From assembly GCA_951406725.2 (NCBI GenBank), contig OX597828.1:56730001-56794000 (forward strand): a stretch of 64,000 nt of DNA, read 5' to 3'. Source of the DNA: Octopus vulgaris (taxonomy: Eukaryota). The first letter of the stretch is position 1; every line of letters begins with the position of its first letter. Below, piece by piece: positions 26,805 to 40,932 of the stretch. Both the position numbers and the translations under genes were made by a program. The notes under the pieces were generated by a model. That model was not told the DNA's origin and did not search any database. It saw nothing but the letters and a program-made list of their open reading frames with translations.

Positions 26805-26977
26805 TTTATTGTTATTATTCAGGTCACTGCCTGGAATCGAACTCGGAATCATCAACTGCTGCGCACAACACACACATATATACACACCATTCTCACTTAC
26901 ACACACGCATCCGCACCTCTTGGGCTCACCGGTACATTATTATCTACCAAGATTCCGAGTTCGATTGCAGACAGTGA

Positions 26978-27055
<78 letters not shown>

Positions 27056-27284
27056 TAATAATAATTATTGTCTTAACTGGTACATCACACGTATTGAGAA
27101 GAGCATTGTCGATGTGAGAACTATTACTACCCATGTATTTTAATTTAACTTTAAAAAAAAAATGAACGAACTAGTGAGTTTAGTTGAATGGCCTACCAAT
27201 GTATACTATTAGTTTCTCTGCCCTAGGAGTCGGGAAGACACTCGGCAAGAAATGGAAGGAAATTTGAAAGAGGAAGAAAAAAAG

Positions 27285-27347
<63 letters not shown>

Positions 27348-27570
27348 GTAATATTAAAAATAATAATAATAACAACAACAACAACAACAACATCGAAAAA
27401 TATCTTAGGAATGAGACCCCACGTTCGAAATTTCCCTAAAACACCTGATGAAGGCTGGAGGATCTATCAGTCGAAACGTGTTAACAACAGACAAAATGAG
27501 GACAAATATCCGTCAAACGTAAGTAATGTAAATAATGTGCATAATTCCTCATCTCTTAAACATAGAACTG
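26599..27570. mobile_element. Inverted pair of tRNA-B-box + (TAA)n + HHR units
   Basis: Outer arms 26599-26750/27389-27537; inner arms 26821-26850/26951-26980; HHR-like motifs at 27440-27482 (+) and 26654-26701 (-). Confidence 0.75.
27066..27285 (+). mobile_element. R4/Dong LINE extreme 3' end inserted in (TAA)n
   Basis: IVLTGTSHVLRRALSM* plus 3'UTR, same family as 14888-15100. Confidence 0.9.
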
Positions 27571-28472
27571 AAAGAAGCCCATCGAATATATTATATATAT
27601 GTATGTGTGTGTGTGTGTATGTATGCGTGTATCTGTGTCTTGTGTCTGTATTTGCCCCCCGCCCACTATCGCTTGAAAACGATGTTGGTGTGCTTACGTC
27701 CCCTGCAAAAGAATCCGATAGAAGAAGTACCAGGCTTAAAAAGAATGATTCTTTCGGTAGATTTCATCGACTAAAAGGCGCTGCCCTAGCATGGCCGCAA
27801 TCAAATGAATGTAACAAGTAAAAGAATGTATGTCGAATACTGACAGTTCACTTGTATTCGCTCTTCGTTCCTGTTTCTTCCCCTCTGACGAATGATCAAA
27901 TATTGTTTCATACTGGAATTTATACGTATATTGTGTTCTTTATATTGTATGCAAAATATATATTACTCACAATTCAGGATATTCCAGCACATTTTCGCAA
28001 TGTATGACCTTGTCCATTATCATCAATTATTTATCTTACCCTTTATTTTACTACAATTATAAACAACTTAGTATTTCGAGTGGTGAGTACCAAATGACCT
28101 TACAGCTCACTTAATAGAAGTCAAATTAGATTTAAGAAGAAGCCGGATGGAAATTTTCTGAAAGATCAAAGGATTAACTACAGAACTATTATCAGCCATT
28201 TAATGGCATGTGTGGTGATACTAGCAATAAGTCTACGTTTTTATTTCCCCCATAATTATCTCGCACAGTCCAATCGAAAGTCCGCACGCAATGACATACA
28301 ATAGTTCACACGTAAACATGAAGATATCCACATACTTACAGGAACCGAGAATTGCAGTAATACGATGGTTGCACACATGCTAAATATGTTATTATATACA
28401 GAGAGGCATCTGCATGGATATCAATAAATACAAGCACATTCATGTTCGCACGTACGCTCATAAACATTAGCG

Positions 28473-28515
<43 letters not shown>

Positions 28516-29139
28516 TACACAACACACATGCACCTTGGCTTCTGCTGGATAGATAGCCAGATAGATCGATGGATGCAAGAGTACGTATGTGTATGTATAC
28601 CTTTGGAATGAACTCTGTGTATACTAGGACAGAGTTCCACAATAAAGTTTGGCTTCTGAATGAAACACTGTAAACCTAGATTTAACCCTAATACTAAAAC
28701 TAAACGTAACTATAAAACTAAACGTAACCCTAGAACTAACTCTAACTCTAAGGAGTGTGCACAGTAAAAAGAAACTGATTAAAAACAATTAAGAATGGGT
28801 AAATGATATTGTCGGGCCCCTCGGTTTGATAATACACGAGTGGTAAAAGTAGATTACTGCCCCATGTATTTTCTGACATGTTTGTTTATATTCCATGAGT
28901 GCCCGTTTTAATTTTTAGTATAAAATATTTAAAAATGGATTAATCTTTCTAATATTTTGCCTACATCATTTATTTTCTATATATTTTCCGTTCTCCATTT
29001 GTATATATTTTACGTTTCCTACATTATACTTCATTTAATTGGAGTTGTCCGTTTCCAAAGAAGCTCCATATTTCTTAATGATTAAAATATTGTGTACATG
29101 AAAAAGTCGACGTTTTTTCTTCTTAGATAGCGCGAAGAA

Positions 29140-29570
29140 TATTTGTGTGACATTCTACTTGTATAAGTTGGTGAAAGCTGTCATAAACCTTGCGTTCAGT
29201 TCATCTTTGGTGTTGCAAGGAGTTTTGTTAGTGTCTCGCTCAACTGTGCCCCATAAATAATAATCAAGAGGTTGAAGTCTGGGTAGTTACGCAGCCAGAT
29301 GCGGGGGATGTTGTGGTCGTGGAAATTGTCTGACAGCCATGAATGAGTTCTAATTGTGTTGCATGACGCAGAGTCCTGTTGCTAAACATAAGGTCTTCCA
29401 GCAGCCATCCTCTTGACACAGGGCATCACTACCTCCTCCAGCCACTTGATGTAGGCATCCCTGATTAGGTTAACGCCATGTCAGAAGATGAATGGTGCCA
29501 TAAAGTCGCCATCACTAGTGATTACTCGAAGCACTGTGATATTGTCTGAAGGTTTGATCTTTATCACTCT
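29140..29570 (-). pseudogene. Tc1/mariner transposase remnant, maT/DD37D-like
   Basis: VITSDGDFMAPFIF..RPYV*QQDSAS..SWLSDNF..IW..YPD..PLDYYLWGTVERDTNKTPCNTKDEL. Confidence 0.8.
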
Positions 29571-29759
29571 CAGTACATGTCCTGAGATTACACTCTGAAA
29601 TGTTCGTACTGATGTTTTCGGCGCGAATGCAAAGCAGTGCAGCATGTAGTTTCGAAATTTCTGGTACAGTGATTTGCTGTGTTTCGCAATGGTGCCCCAC
29701 TGACCGTAGTATATTCTGTTGTCGATTAAATCAAACACAGACACAGAAAAAGAAAAAAA

Positions 29760-30550
29760 AGCTAGTATCTAACATGGCGAATGCCGTACAGAAGGAGTTT
29801 GCACAAGAGAGCTAGGAATAAGGGGAGATAATAATGTAGTGGTGATACCAAAACGAAGGTGCGCGTGCGAGTATATGTGAGTGCGTGTATGTGCGTATGG
29901 ATAGGGGCTGATGACTTTAACGTGAGCGTGTATGCATGTGTAGGTGAGTAGATAATGGTGTGGGTGCTGTGAAGAGGTCTGTGCCAGTGTGTGCAGGTGG
30001 TGTGATGTGGTATGTTGGTGTATGGTTTGGCAAGATGTGGTGTGGTGGTGTGTGGTGTGGTATGGTGTGGTGGTGTTTGTGTGCGGGGGGAGGCGAGAGT
30101 GGGAGAAGAAATGGTGTGGTGTGGATTGGCGTGAGGGTGGGGGTTAGAGATTGGGTATGTGGGAGTGTGGTTAAGGGGGTGGGTGGGAGATGGGATGTAT
30201 AGGGATGGTGGGTTTGGAGTGTGTAGAGTGGGGTAGCGAGGGTGGGGGAGGCGATGAAAGGAGAGGGTGGAAGGGAGAAAGTGTGTATGAGTGAAGAGAG
30301 GACGTAGGTGTCAGAGCAAGAGAGGAGAGGTGGGTGGTAGGAAGTAGGTGTGAGAGGAAGAGAGGAGAGTGGGGGGCTAGAGAAAAAGAGGAGCTTTGAG
30401 GTCATGTGACACAAAGGAGCAAAGAGAGAACACTAATCCCTGTTCACGGTGGAGACGGGACTCCGGATGGCCCCTGTGCAAGGACAATCCGAACACAGAC
30501 AGGTGTTTTAAAGAATCACCGGTAGAGAGGAAATGGCGTGAGACCGGGGT
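29760..30550 (-). pseudogene. Penelope-like element 3' end: GIY-YIG C-terminus plus simple-repeat-rich UTR
   Basis: ORF 30377-30592: PVSRHFLSTGDSLKHLSVFGL..RLHREQGLVFSL resembles PLE PVARHFNSPGHS..R..EQ..IF.L. Confidence 0.7.
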
Positions 30551-31092
30551 GTGTATGTGTGTGTATGTATATATATATATATATTTATACATACACTATT
30601 GAATAGACAAACGAAACACACACACACACATATACGACTATATTTGAGCAAGTATGCATGTAAGTGTGCATGTACGTATATATTTATATTCACTGGTAAA
30701 TTTTAGACAAAGTGTAAAATACATCACGCTGTAAGAAAACAACAGAATATGCCGGAAAAATCGTGAGCTAAATATACAATAACCAATGAAATACAGAACA
30801 CCAATTGAAGGAACGGAAATTGCTCTAGCTCTATAAGTGCTACGTTTTTAAAGAAGAAAATAATACAAACCTGACGTATGGAAATTTAAAACAGCGAAGC
30901 AATGCAAGATAAATAAGTAGCTGGTTTATATGGCAACTTTAAAGCCCTCCACACACATAATAGTATATATAAAGTTTTATTCAAGATTTGTTTCTATATA
31001 TGTATACACACACACACACATATATACGTTTCTATGTATCTATGTATGTCTATCTATCTGTATACATATTTGCATATCATATGCATATTATA

Positions 31093-31127
<35 letters not shown>

Positions 31128-31133
<6 letters not shown>

Positions 31134-31255
31134 ATGTGTGTTTGCATGCATATCTGTTTGTCTGTTTGTGTGTGTAAACCCTCAAAACTCGACAATAGCA
31201 CAACCGATCTCATGCAAATTTTACGCATGCCTTAACTAATGTGAGCCCAGAGCCA
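31128..31255 (+). mobile_element. Helitron 5'-region fragment
   Basis: Similar to the reverse complement of 6395-6500 (GAGAATGTGTG...CACAACC.AT.TCAT.CAAATTTTA..CATGCCTTA). Confidence 0.6.
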
Positions 31256-31581
31256 TCTCGTGTCTCTTACTCTATTTCAGTATTACATCTCTTTTTTTGT
31301 TTTTGAGAGATAATATTTCAGTTTGAAATACTCCAAACGGGTGCATTGCATGTAGATATGTATTAAAATATTAATATGTGAAAGAGCAATTGTGGTCATG
31401 CACACGATGGTCCCGTTTACATGTTGGAATGCCTAGTGTTTAGGTATTGAAGCTTGACACTTGAGGGGATACGGAAAAGAAGAGATACACTCTACTTTGC
31501 AAGTGAATTTACATATATCATAGAATTACTAAGATATTAGTGTTCAGATGTGAATGATTGTTAACGTGCTTATATATGAAT

Positions 31582-32187
<606 letters not shown>

Positions 32188-33649
32188 GCCAAGTAGAACA
32201 CAACAATGAGAAATGTATGCAGAACACTTTATTGAAGCTCTTGCATGTGTATTCATTCACTACTTACGCATAGACTTCACAAGCGGATACATGCAATGAC
32301 GTATAGAAACACACACGGACACATATTCAACCATTTGTGTACTATCAAATTATATTATACATCATTTATTAAGAGGTTAAGCACATTTTCTATTAACATA
32401 TTCCCTCGAAGCTGTATAATCTAGCGGTCACACACACGTTATAGAACTAGTGAAAGAAAATATAATTGTACGGACAAAAGGCCTCAGAGATGAAAACGGA
32501 CTTCTTAATTGAAGACATATTAGCGAGAGTTTCTCACGTGGATTTGCACAAAATTTCTGCAAGCAAACGTCTGCAAGACACTCACTGCAAAACATTATAA
32601 GGTACATTGTATGCCTAAAATCCGTATTTTATAAAGTAAATACATCATACAATGCACACTCTCGATCTCTTTCTGTCCCTCTCTCTCTCTTTATCTATTT
32701 CTATCTATGTTTCTTTCTCTCCCTCTCTCTTTCTCCCACACATTCCCATATACACACCTATAATGACCATTGCTTAAAAGATTTTGTGTACATCATAGAA
32801 CCCTCCACTGAAATTTCACATCCACACAAACAGAAATATAAACGCTCGTGCGAGAGTACACAAAATGTTCATAGAGCCTTCTGCTGTTTCTCTCCTTCTT
32901 TCATCATTTATTATTCAACTACCGTAGCAGCTGAGCATTCACCTACACTCGTAGTTGTAAAATACTCTTAAACACGCAGAATCGTCCAGGCTTTGTCGCA
33001 AAATTGAAAACTGTTAACATTTTTAAGGGGACTCGTCTCTGGTTGAATTGTAACATAGATATTCAGAATTCATTCAGTAGAACAAGTTTGCAGCAAAATT
33101 TGTCAACGTTATAGCTTAGGTCCCAAGCAAAAAAACATGTGTATCAAGTAGTCGTGAGGTAAAATATCAGGAAAAAATATAAGTAAGGCAAAAAGTTGGA
33201 TCTGAGTATAATTAACTTTATATTTTAAAAACAATTTATATTTCAATTAAGCTTCAATGATAGAGTTGATTTCGAATAATTTCATGGTTTTAATCTCAGG
33301 CAATGAAGTTCTAGAAGAAAAAAAGTTATTAGTGTTTCTTTCTCAAATGTGAGGGTGGCAATATAGTTACATTCTTTTATGTGAATATAATGCTATAAGG
33401 GGACATTTAATAAATGTCACCGGTATCACTGAGATAAGGGAAAATTTATCAACGATACCGCGAGGAATTTCATAGCTTTGGTCCCATTGAATAAAACATT
33501 TATATTGTTTTTTTCTATCAATTAAAAAATGAAAATTACACATTCAGGAATCTTTCAGATTCATAATTTCATTGACAATTAATCTACTTTCGTGTTTTGA
33601 ACAGTTGCTTCTTAATTGCTCTGCTTTTCACTTTTCCGTTTGTGTGTCT

Positions 33650-33870
33650 TCTCTGTGTTTAGCCCATTGTGGGTAGTAAAGAAATAGGTATTTCGTCTGT
33701 CTTCACGTTCTGATTTCAAATCCCACCGGGGTAGACTTTGCCTGTCATCCTTTCGTAGTCGAAGAATTAAGTACCAGTTGCGTAATTGGGTGGTTCTAAT
33801 CTATTGCCCCACAAGAAAAAAACAAAAAAAAACAATTTCGTGTCTTGTGCCTAGAGCAGAAAAGAATAAG
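33650..33870 (+). mobile_element. SINE family M
   Basis: Reverse complement of 40250-40380. Confidence 0.75.
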
Positions 33871-34225
33871 CTAAATTCGTTCTAATGACTTAAATGCAAG
33901 ATCTATTACTGTTGTTATTTCAAACATTTGTTTAGCTCTACAGTTATTTCACAAATTAGGAAGTAAATGTTACCTTAATTTTAATAATTGTGTTTCGTAA
34001 TGCAGACAACTGCTAAAATCCTAAGAAATATATCTTTTATTTATTTCTGTTATTAGACTGCAAATATACTGGAGCCGAGCCTTGGTTAATTCTTAGTCAA
34101 ATGAATTAGCTCCAGTAGTTTTATTTTAAAGCCAGGAACTTATTCTATAGGTCACGGGGACGTAAATACACTATCATCAGTTGTCAAGCGGTGAACACAG
34201 ACACAAAGACACACACACATACAGA

Positions 34226-34275
<50 letters not shown>

Positions 34276-36121
34276 GAAAGGCAGAAATTGATGTGCGCGA
34301 GGAGAAAGATTATTACGAAGCCATCTGCCTAATTCCCTGGCACCTCTGCCAAAAAAGACGATGAAAGAAAAATCGTTGAGAAAAAGTAACCAATCACTAA
34401 TGCAGCTAGCGAAAATAGACTATCACTGGAAGCCAACTTAGAAAAAAGTATAATTGTATAAATGATAACGGAATGAATGAATGAATGAATATATAATTAA
34501 ATGATTAAATGAATAAATGTATATTAAAATTATAATGAAATTCAGATATTATGTATGAAGAAAATGTAATTCATTTGTATGTTTCAAAACAACTCACTCA
34601 AATATCTGTTGCTTCTACGTGAGTTTTCATTTGTATAAAAACTGATGTGTGGCTTTTGTGTGTAGGAGATAACATTCCATTCATTTCAGCCTCTTTTGTC
34701 GATACAAAAAATGCTGACGAAATCCTCATTATCATTTTGTCAATTTATCTGTGGTTTTGTAGGCACTACCTGTCTACGATGGTCGATTTCTGGTTGGACC
34801 TAATGTTGCCTTGGCAAAATTATTTTGACACAAAGAGCACCATTTATTTCTCTCTATGTGTCTCTGTCTCGGTCTCTCTCTTTCTCGCTCTTCTTCTCGC
34901 CCATTACATTCCCTCTTTCTAGCTTTCTATCTATCACATGCACACACGACAAGCTACTCTCAACGAAATCATAATGAATGAGCTAGACGCCGCAGGATTT
35001 CCATCCAAGTACCAACCACAGGGAATAAGATATGAAAACAGTTATGTTCCCATTCCTCGATGATCCGCTCTTCATTTGGGATGTTTATATGCTGCGGCAC
35101 CTTGGCAACAGTGACAAGTGCGTTCTCTAATCGGTTTGTTGGTCACCAGACTACACATCTGCACATTGTTATCATGCCAGAATTGAATCCGTGGAAGTGC
35201 GTGCCCCGTGAGTCGGAGCGGCTGTCCCAGTGTCTCTTCCTCCCCAACGTTCGGGCCCACGCCTTTTCAACATTGTCCGCCGGGTCCTTGTGAGGAGCTG
35301 ACAATGTATCTAATGTATCTTGAATATGTGGCTTATGCAACAGAACTTGACATTTTGTCATATTATAAAAATACGCATTCATAGAAGAAGTATGGCATTA
35401 CACCTACGTATCTAGTACAAACAATTATACTTGTATCACAAGGCAAACGCCTACTCATTTACACCGAGAATATTGAAAGAGAATCGTCAGTGGAAATATG
35501 AAAAGTATTCCACATATATACACATATAGATATTTACGCATAATCGTATTCTCACTTACATGCAGATATGTACTGTTGAACAATAATATTAATCTTGAAA
35601 ATGATGCAATACCCCAGCAACACCCACAACAAACTTCCTGCTATTAAGCCTACATATAACTAGCAACTGTAGTCGGACTGCAGGTGTTGCTGATAATTGT
35701 TCCAGCTTTTTTTTTGTAATATTGTTTCTTATATATTCTTTGTTTTTATATGCAAAAATCAAGCTAAATGTTACTATATCCTCAATCCCCACGAATACAA
35801 AATATCCACATAACCCAACCGTTACGAATAACTACATATAGAAAATACATGCAAATAATGTATATGTGTATTTGTACATGTATATATATATGTGTGTGCG
35901 TGTGCGAGTGTGTGTGTGTGTGTCTGTACATATATATACATATATGTTTTGTTGTCCCTTTTTGTATCACCTATTTGAACGGATGTATTGCGTCATCGTC
36001 CCATTTTGTATTTCATATATATATATATAAAGATAACTAATGTAGGATAAAATTTTTTTCGGGAAAAAAAAAATTTATCAATGGCCAGCATATCAAGAAA
36101 TACCTTTAAAGGTTAAATTTG

Positions 36122-36467
<346 letters not shown>

Positions 36468-36512
36468 CGGTGTATGTACATTTTGATCTCTTATATATAT
36501 ATATCTATATAT

Positions 36513-36810
36513 ATATATATATAAAATATTTGGAAAAAATAAATTTTATCAATTCAACTAGGAAATTACATATAATAGAAAAGTTAAAATTAAAGTAACA
36601 ATTAAAAAGTAAAGATTAAGTAAATTACAAGAATAATGTAACGTACATATTTTATACATTACATTATTCTTGTAATTTACTTAATCTTTACTTTTTTAAT
36701 TGTCATTTTTATTTTAACTTTTCTATTATATGTAATTTTCTAGATGGTGTAATTTAATTATTCATTTTGAATTGATAAAAGGTGTTCTTTTTCTAATATT
36801 TCATATATAT
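36513..36810. repeat. AT-rich inverted repeat, ~130-bp arms, ~9-bp loop
   Basis: AAGTAAAGATTAAGTAAATTACAAGAATAATGTAA/TTACATTATTCTTGTAATTTACTTAATCTTTACTT. Confidence 0.85.
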
Positions 36811-36894
36811 TATATTATGTGGAATTTGATTTAGTATTTCTAAATTGAATTCTTTTTCCTTGTAAGTTTGGATTTTATTCCCTCAAATAATAAT

Positions 36895-36946
<52 letters not shown>

Positions 36947-36947
36947 A

Positions 36948-37156
36948 ATGTGACCGCGTGTTTACCGTTGGCGATTTGTTTTCCTCCATCTTCCCTTCTT
37001 TGGACCTTTCCTTTTCCTATGTTTCTGACTAAGAGCTCCGCACGAAACTTTAAACCCTCCTTCTTTCCTTATTTCGTGAGCGTCCAATAATGCTATACTT
37101 GTTCCACGACCGCGCGTTGTTGTGCTTTCTCTTCGTGTTTTCATGTTTGGACTAAC

Positions 37157-37158
<2 letters not shown>
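36948..37158 (+). mobile_element. PLE pseudo-LTR-like repeat with decayed minimal HHR (37021-37055)
   Basis: GTTT CTGACTA A GAGC TCC GCAC GAAAC TTT AAAC; same layout as 26201-26234. Confidence 0.55.
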
Positions 37159-37207
<49 letters not shown>

Positions 37208-37208
37208 G

Positions 37209-37240
<32 letters not shown>

Positions 37241-37438
37241 CAGTCTCACACACAAACATATATGTACATACAAGAACGCACACATACACATATGATGGCC
37301 GCGTTCCCCATTGTCAGTAGAAATAGGAACGTCCCCTCCCTCTCCACTCCACCCATTTCCACAGAACATAACAGAAACAACCAGAGGCTAAATTCTATTT
37401 CCAAATATGTATTTCCCTTTTTTTGCATCTTTTTTCAG

Positions 37439-37480
37439 GACTGACAATCCCAGAAACCGACTGGTAACCTATTTCCTTTT
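37439..37480 (+). CDS. Candidate 42-nt internal exon of an unknown host gene
   Basis: Long polypyrimidine tract plus CAG acceptor, GTAAGT donor at 37481, length divisible by 3, one open frame (TDNPRNRLVTYFL). Confidence 0.4.
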
Positions 37481-39003
37481 GTAAGTATTTATTTCTCGAA
37501 GAAAGAAAAACCATCTCATTTCTCCACCCAACACTGCTGAACGTAATGATACATACAAACAATATGAAAAAAGCTTCTTCACTAAGAAAATATAAAATGA
37601 ATATAAATTACTTCTTAGAAACGCACCCATATAAAGCCAAATAGTTGCGAGCCAAAACCCACCACATATAAGTAATACACAATAGTCAGAAGACGAAAAT
37701 AATATGCATGCAATCTTCATACGGTTACATATATTTTTCTTCAATTTAGTTGCCATTAATTTGTACGAATTCAACAGAGAACATACGTTTTTGTACTCGT
37801 AATTTAAATTTCTCTCTGAGGAGACAGATTTTTTATTGCAAATGCTACGCCATCTTTGTTGGAAAACAATAGTTAACCATACTAAGGCCATTATATATTG
37901 CAACTTACCCGTCTGTAATATAAACCATAATACCAAATATTTTGAAAATATACTTAGAAAAGGCGAAAGAAAAGTAAAGGAAAGAGTGAGAGAGGTGGGG
38001 AATGGAGGAAATGTCCAAACCTAAGTAGGTACGAAGTAAATAAATTGACCCGAAGTGAATCGGTTATATTTAAAACATAATTAGATGATAAAATTATTAA
38101 AATTAATGAATTTTATCAGTGGCCAACATACAGAAACATTTTATGTAAAATACGTTTATAGACATATAATTGTTTGGTGTACAATTATACTTAATGGCAC
38201 GCGTGTGTGTGTATGCAGCTGTGTGTGTGGTGCATGTGTGCGATTTTGACAACCGGTGCTCATGTATTTACGTCCCCGTATCAAAGTTGTTCGGCTAAAA
38301 AGACCAATATAATATCTACCAAGTTTTGAAATAAATATGTACTGTTGACAATATGTTCGATTAGAAACTTTTCAATGTGGTACACCGACATGACCTCTGC
38401 GTAATGAAAGCATCAAGTAAAGACGAAAAAAAGAGTAGGAACAGCCCTTGTGTTTTCTGAATGAATCAACTGTTTATCAAGCATCTGGTTCCCAAATATG
38501 AACTTTATTAGTTTTCGTAGCTATGAAGATTATAATATAATACATGATGTGAAAATAATAAACCAAGAAATAATTACTTTAATTGTCGGCAATCTTTATT
38601 TCATGAAATACTGTCAAGTCATAATATTTTTAATTGCTCACTTTATACTGCAAAGATTTATTTTCCATTTAAAATATTAAAATTTTCTTTTCAACATTTC
38701 CAACAACGCTTCCGTCACACTCATGCCCAAACATATCTACAGAGTCATTAGACATTGAATAAACATGAATATACAAAGTTAATTTGAAATATTACGATTG
38801 TATTACATATATTTACATACATATAAAAATATGATTGCTGGCTTTTCGTTGAAATTGATATTGAGCATTAATAATCAATATAAACGATCGAAAAGAATAT
38901 TCATATATTATTATTCTATGTTGTAAATATATTTATTGGAAATAATCAAAATAGTTTTATATGCTATTCAGTGGTTCAAATAAATTAAATATGTTAAACA
39001 TAC

Positions 39004-39400
39004 GGAGGCGCAATGGCCCAGTGGTTAGGGCAGCGGATTCGCGGTCGGAGGATCGCGGTTTCAATTCCCAGATCGGGCGTTGTGAGTGTTTATTGAGCGA
39101 AAACACCTAAAGCTCCACGAGGCTCCGGCAGGGGGTGGTGGCGAACCCTGCTGTACTCTTTCGCCACAATTTTATATTGTGGAGGCGCAATGGCCCAGTG
39201 GTTAGGGCAGCGGACTTGCGGTCGGAGGATCGCGGTTTCGATTCCCAGACCGGGCGTTGTGTGTGTTTATTGAGCGAAAACACCTAAAAGCTCCACGAGG
39301 CTCCGGCAGGGGATGGTGGTGATCCCTGCTGTACTCTTTCACCACTCTAAAGGCGGTGCTCCAGCATGGCCGCAGTCAAATGACTGAAACAAGTACAAAA
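39004..39400 (+). mobile_element. Two tandem SINE-R 5' halves fused to a SINE-K 3' tail
   Basis: GGAGGCGCAATGGCCCAGTGG at 39004 and 39181; AAAGGCGGTGCTCCAGCATGGCC tail from ~39349. Confidence 0.9.
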
Positions 39401-40004
39401 AAAAAATACTCTTTCTTATTCTGTATGAAACATTCTAATAAACGCCAACTGATGTTATAAAGTGAACAGTAATGCACAGCAAATAATATCATTTTGTTAT
39501 GAAAAGAAAATGTGTGTCATTTCTAAAGTAAGATAAAGCAACAACAAAGTCAATTTGTTCAACACACGCTATAATGTGATTAGTAACATATGACATTTCT
39601 ATCACATGAAATTAATTTATGTAATTTTGTGTTTGGTTTTCTCGGTTTTTGATGTGAATAGTTTATGCCGTAAAATATTTTGTTGTATTTCGAAAGGGTC
39701 GATAAGCCACACGAACTTGTTCGCTTTCACATCAACTTATTATTTGTTAGTTCGATAACATTTAATCAATTAACCAATTCAATGCTAGAATAATCGTTTT
39801 GACAGTTAGCTAGTAGGCTTTTCAAACACTTTCGTTGCCATTAAAGACCTCATCAATAACCTTTTTGAAATAGGTCGAGAGGGCAAATCATTGACGAGGT
39901 CGCGCGTGCTGACAAGAATACTTTGAAACTCCTTGCTGATTGACCGAACGACTAGCAATACAATTGATTTGTTACTTGGTCAAATGTGAAGGAATTGACG
40001 AATA

Positions 40005-40580
40005 ATGATTTCAAATTTTGGTATCAGGCCAGCAATTTCGACTGATACTTATTCTATTGATCCCAAAATGATGAAAGGCAAAGCTGACCTCGGCTAAATT
40101 TCAAACCAGAGCGTAGAGACGAGCAAAATGGCGGTAAGCCTTTGTGTCTGGCATGCTAATCATTCTTATTTCTTTACTGCTCACAAGAGGCTAAACATAA
40201 AGGAGACAAACAAGGACCGAAAAAGGAATTAAGTCGATTATATCGACCCCAGTGCGTAACTAGTACTTAATTTATCGACCCCGAAAGAATGAAAGGCAAA
40301 GTCGACCTCGACGGAATTTGAACTCAGAACGTAACGGCAGACGAAATACCTATTTCTTTACTACCCACAAGGGGCTAAACACAGACGGGACGAACAAGAA
40401 CAGACAAACGGATTAAGTCGATTATATCGAACCCAGTGCGTAACTGGTACTTATTTAATCGACCCCGAAAGGATGAAAGGCTAAGTCGACCTCGGCAGAA
40501 TTTGAACTCAGAACGTAACGGCAAATGAAATAACGCTAAGCATCTCGCCTGGCATGCCAACGATTCTGCTAGCTTGCCAC
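40005..40580 (-). mobile_element. Tandem SINE family M units
   Basis: ~184-bp unit starting TATTTCTTTACT at 40167 and 40351, plus an older copy at 40005-40165. Confidence 0.9.
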
Positions 40581-40858
40581 CATAACGAATTGACTTATTA
40601 AGCGAAAATATATTTCTGACCACCATAGACACTTTCTATTTCTCTTTCTATGATTGTCAGGGATTCTGTGATTTTTTTTTGTCCAAGTAGTTTCTTGTTG
40701 TGCTTTTACTTCTTAAAATAGGGTTTCTTTCACATATATATGTTTATATATGTACATACGTGCACATATGTGAGTGTGTATGTGTGTGAACACACACGCA
40801 CAAACACACACTTATATATACATATATATATATATATGCATACATACACACACACACG

Positions 40859-40932
<74 letters not shown>

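Larger units (their letters stand above)
26440..27826 (+). mobile_element. SINE family K split by a ~1-kb insertion
   Basis: Head 26440-26599 and tail 27566-27826 match 41381-41806; AACTGAAAGAAG(A/C)CC duplicated at the breakpoints. Confidence 0.85.

Noticed and set aside
39004-39075. tRNA gene
   Set aside because: The tRNA-like sequence continues into a SINE body and is multi-copy, with no proper acceptor stem; the same holds for 11415, 17667 and 54050-54125
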